DNA of 62,518 nt, the filler included, from Phoronis australis (taxonomy: Eukaryota > Animalia > Phoronida): the NCBI GenBank assembly GCA_002633005.1. It is 2 parts of 2 records of this genome, joined end to end, with 100 filler letters (N's around TTAATTAATTAA, not from the genome) between each part and the next. Parts side by side here need not be neighbours in the genome. Positions count along the whole stretch, not along the records: positions 31,224 to 62,518 come from NMRA01001209.1; 1 more part is not named here. One strand, 5' to 3'. The notes below the pieces were generated by a model, which searched no databases, was not told where the DNA came from, and saw nothing but the letters and a program-made list of their open reading frames with translations. A program made the translations under genes and the position numbers. Shown piece after piece: positions 62,180 through 62,518 of this stretch. Positions within the stretch are counted from its first letter, which is position 1. Every line of letters begins with the position of its first letter.

Positions 62180-62518
62180 TTTCAGCTTACAATACAATAA
62201 ACAATCCCTAAATCCAACGTAGTTTAGTTCTCTACTAACCAGTATGTTGCCGCAGATACTCGTCGATGGAAAGTGGTGGTGACAATTGTTGAAAAACAGC
62301 ACAAAACAAAAGTAGAACAGAACAGATTCGCACGGTAAACTCAACGCAAAACCAAGTGGCGGGAAACGCTTGCCTCCTAAAACGTCACTTCCGGAGTAGC
62401 GGACGAGTAATTAATAAAATTACGAAAAGCTGTAATTAAGTGGAAAATATGTCTAGGATAACCAACCAACCTTATTTTAGCTCAAAATGACATGAAAAAA
62501 GGTTGCCTTCGCCTTTAA

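Larger units (their letters stand above)
60812..62514 (+). mobile_element. Kolobok-type DNA transposon, internally deleted, 1703 bp
   Basis: TTAA TSDs at 60808-60811 and 62515-62518; ~158-bp TIRs (60812-60969 / 62357-62514) starting AGGCGAAGGCAACC, identical for the first ~60 bp; convergent THAP and KolX-like ORFs. Confidence 0.9.

Overview
AT-rich, repeat-dense animal genomic DNA, most likely a marine invertebrate (inferred from spliceosomal introns, gene families and repeat style). It is made of two pieces joined by an artificial 100-bp spacer (44 N + TTAATTAATTAA + 44 N, 31124-31223), so linkage across it is unproven. Only two host genes are supportable, both on the left piece and convergent. 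One is a 4-exon gene (+, 11600-15946) for a 149-aa secreted protein with two thyroglobulin type-1 domains (thyropin-like); the ORF track misses most of it. The other is a GT31 brainiac-like beta-1,3-glycosyltransferase with a single coding exon (-, 19291-20352). The rest is largely transposon-derived. (i) A complete, TTAA-flanked 1.7-kb Kolobok-type element with 158-bp TIRs: an internal deletion removed the DDE domain but left an open THAP+Zn-motif ORF fused tail-to-tail with a KolX/P2X7-C-terminal-like remnant. (ii) Helentron/DINE-1-like elements whose internal ~125-160-bp tandem units are each built around a transcription-factor-like motif (CTCF-like, RFX-like, YY1-like). (iii) Several MITEs and palindromes, plus SINE/LINE remnants. 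(iv) A ~6-kb dispersed direct duplication with an apparently identical core. Family assignments come from motif recognition by eye, without database searches.
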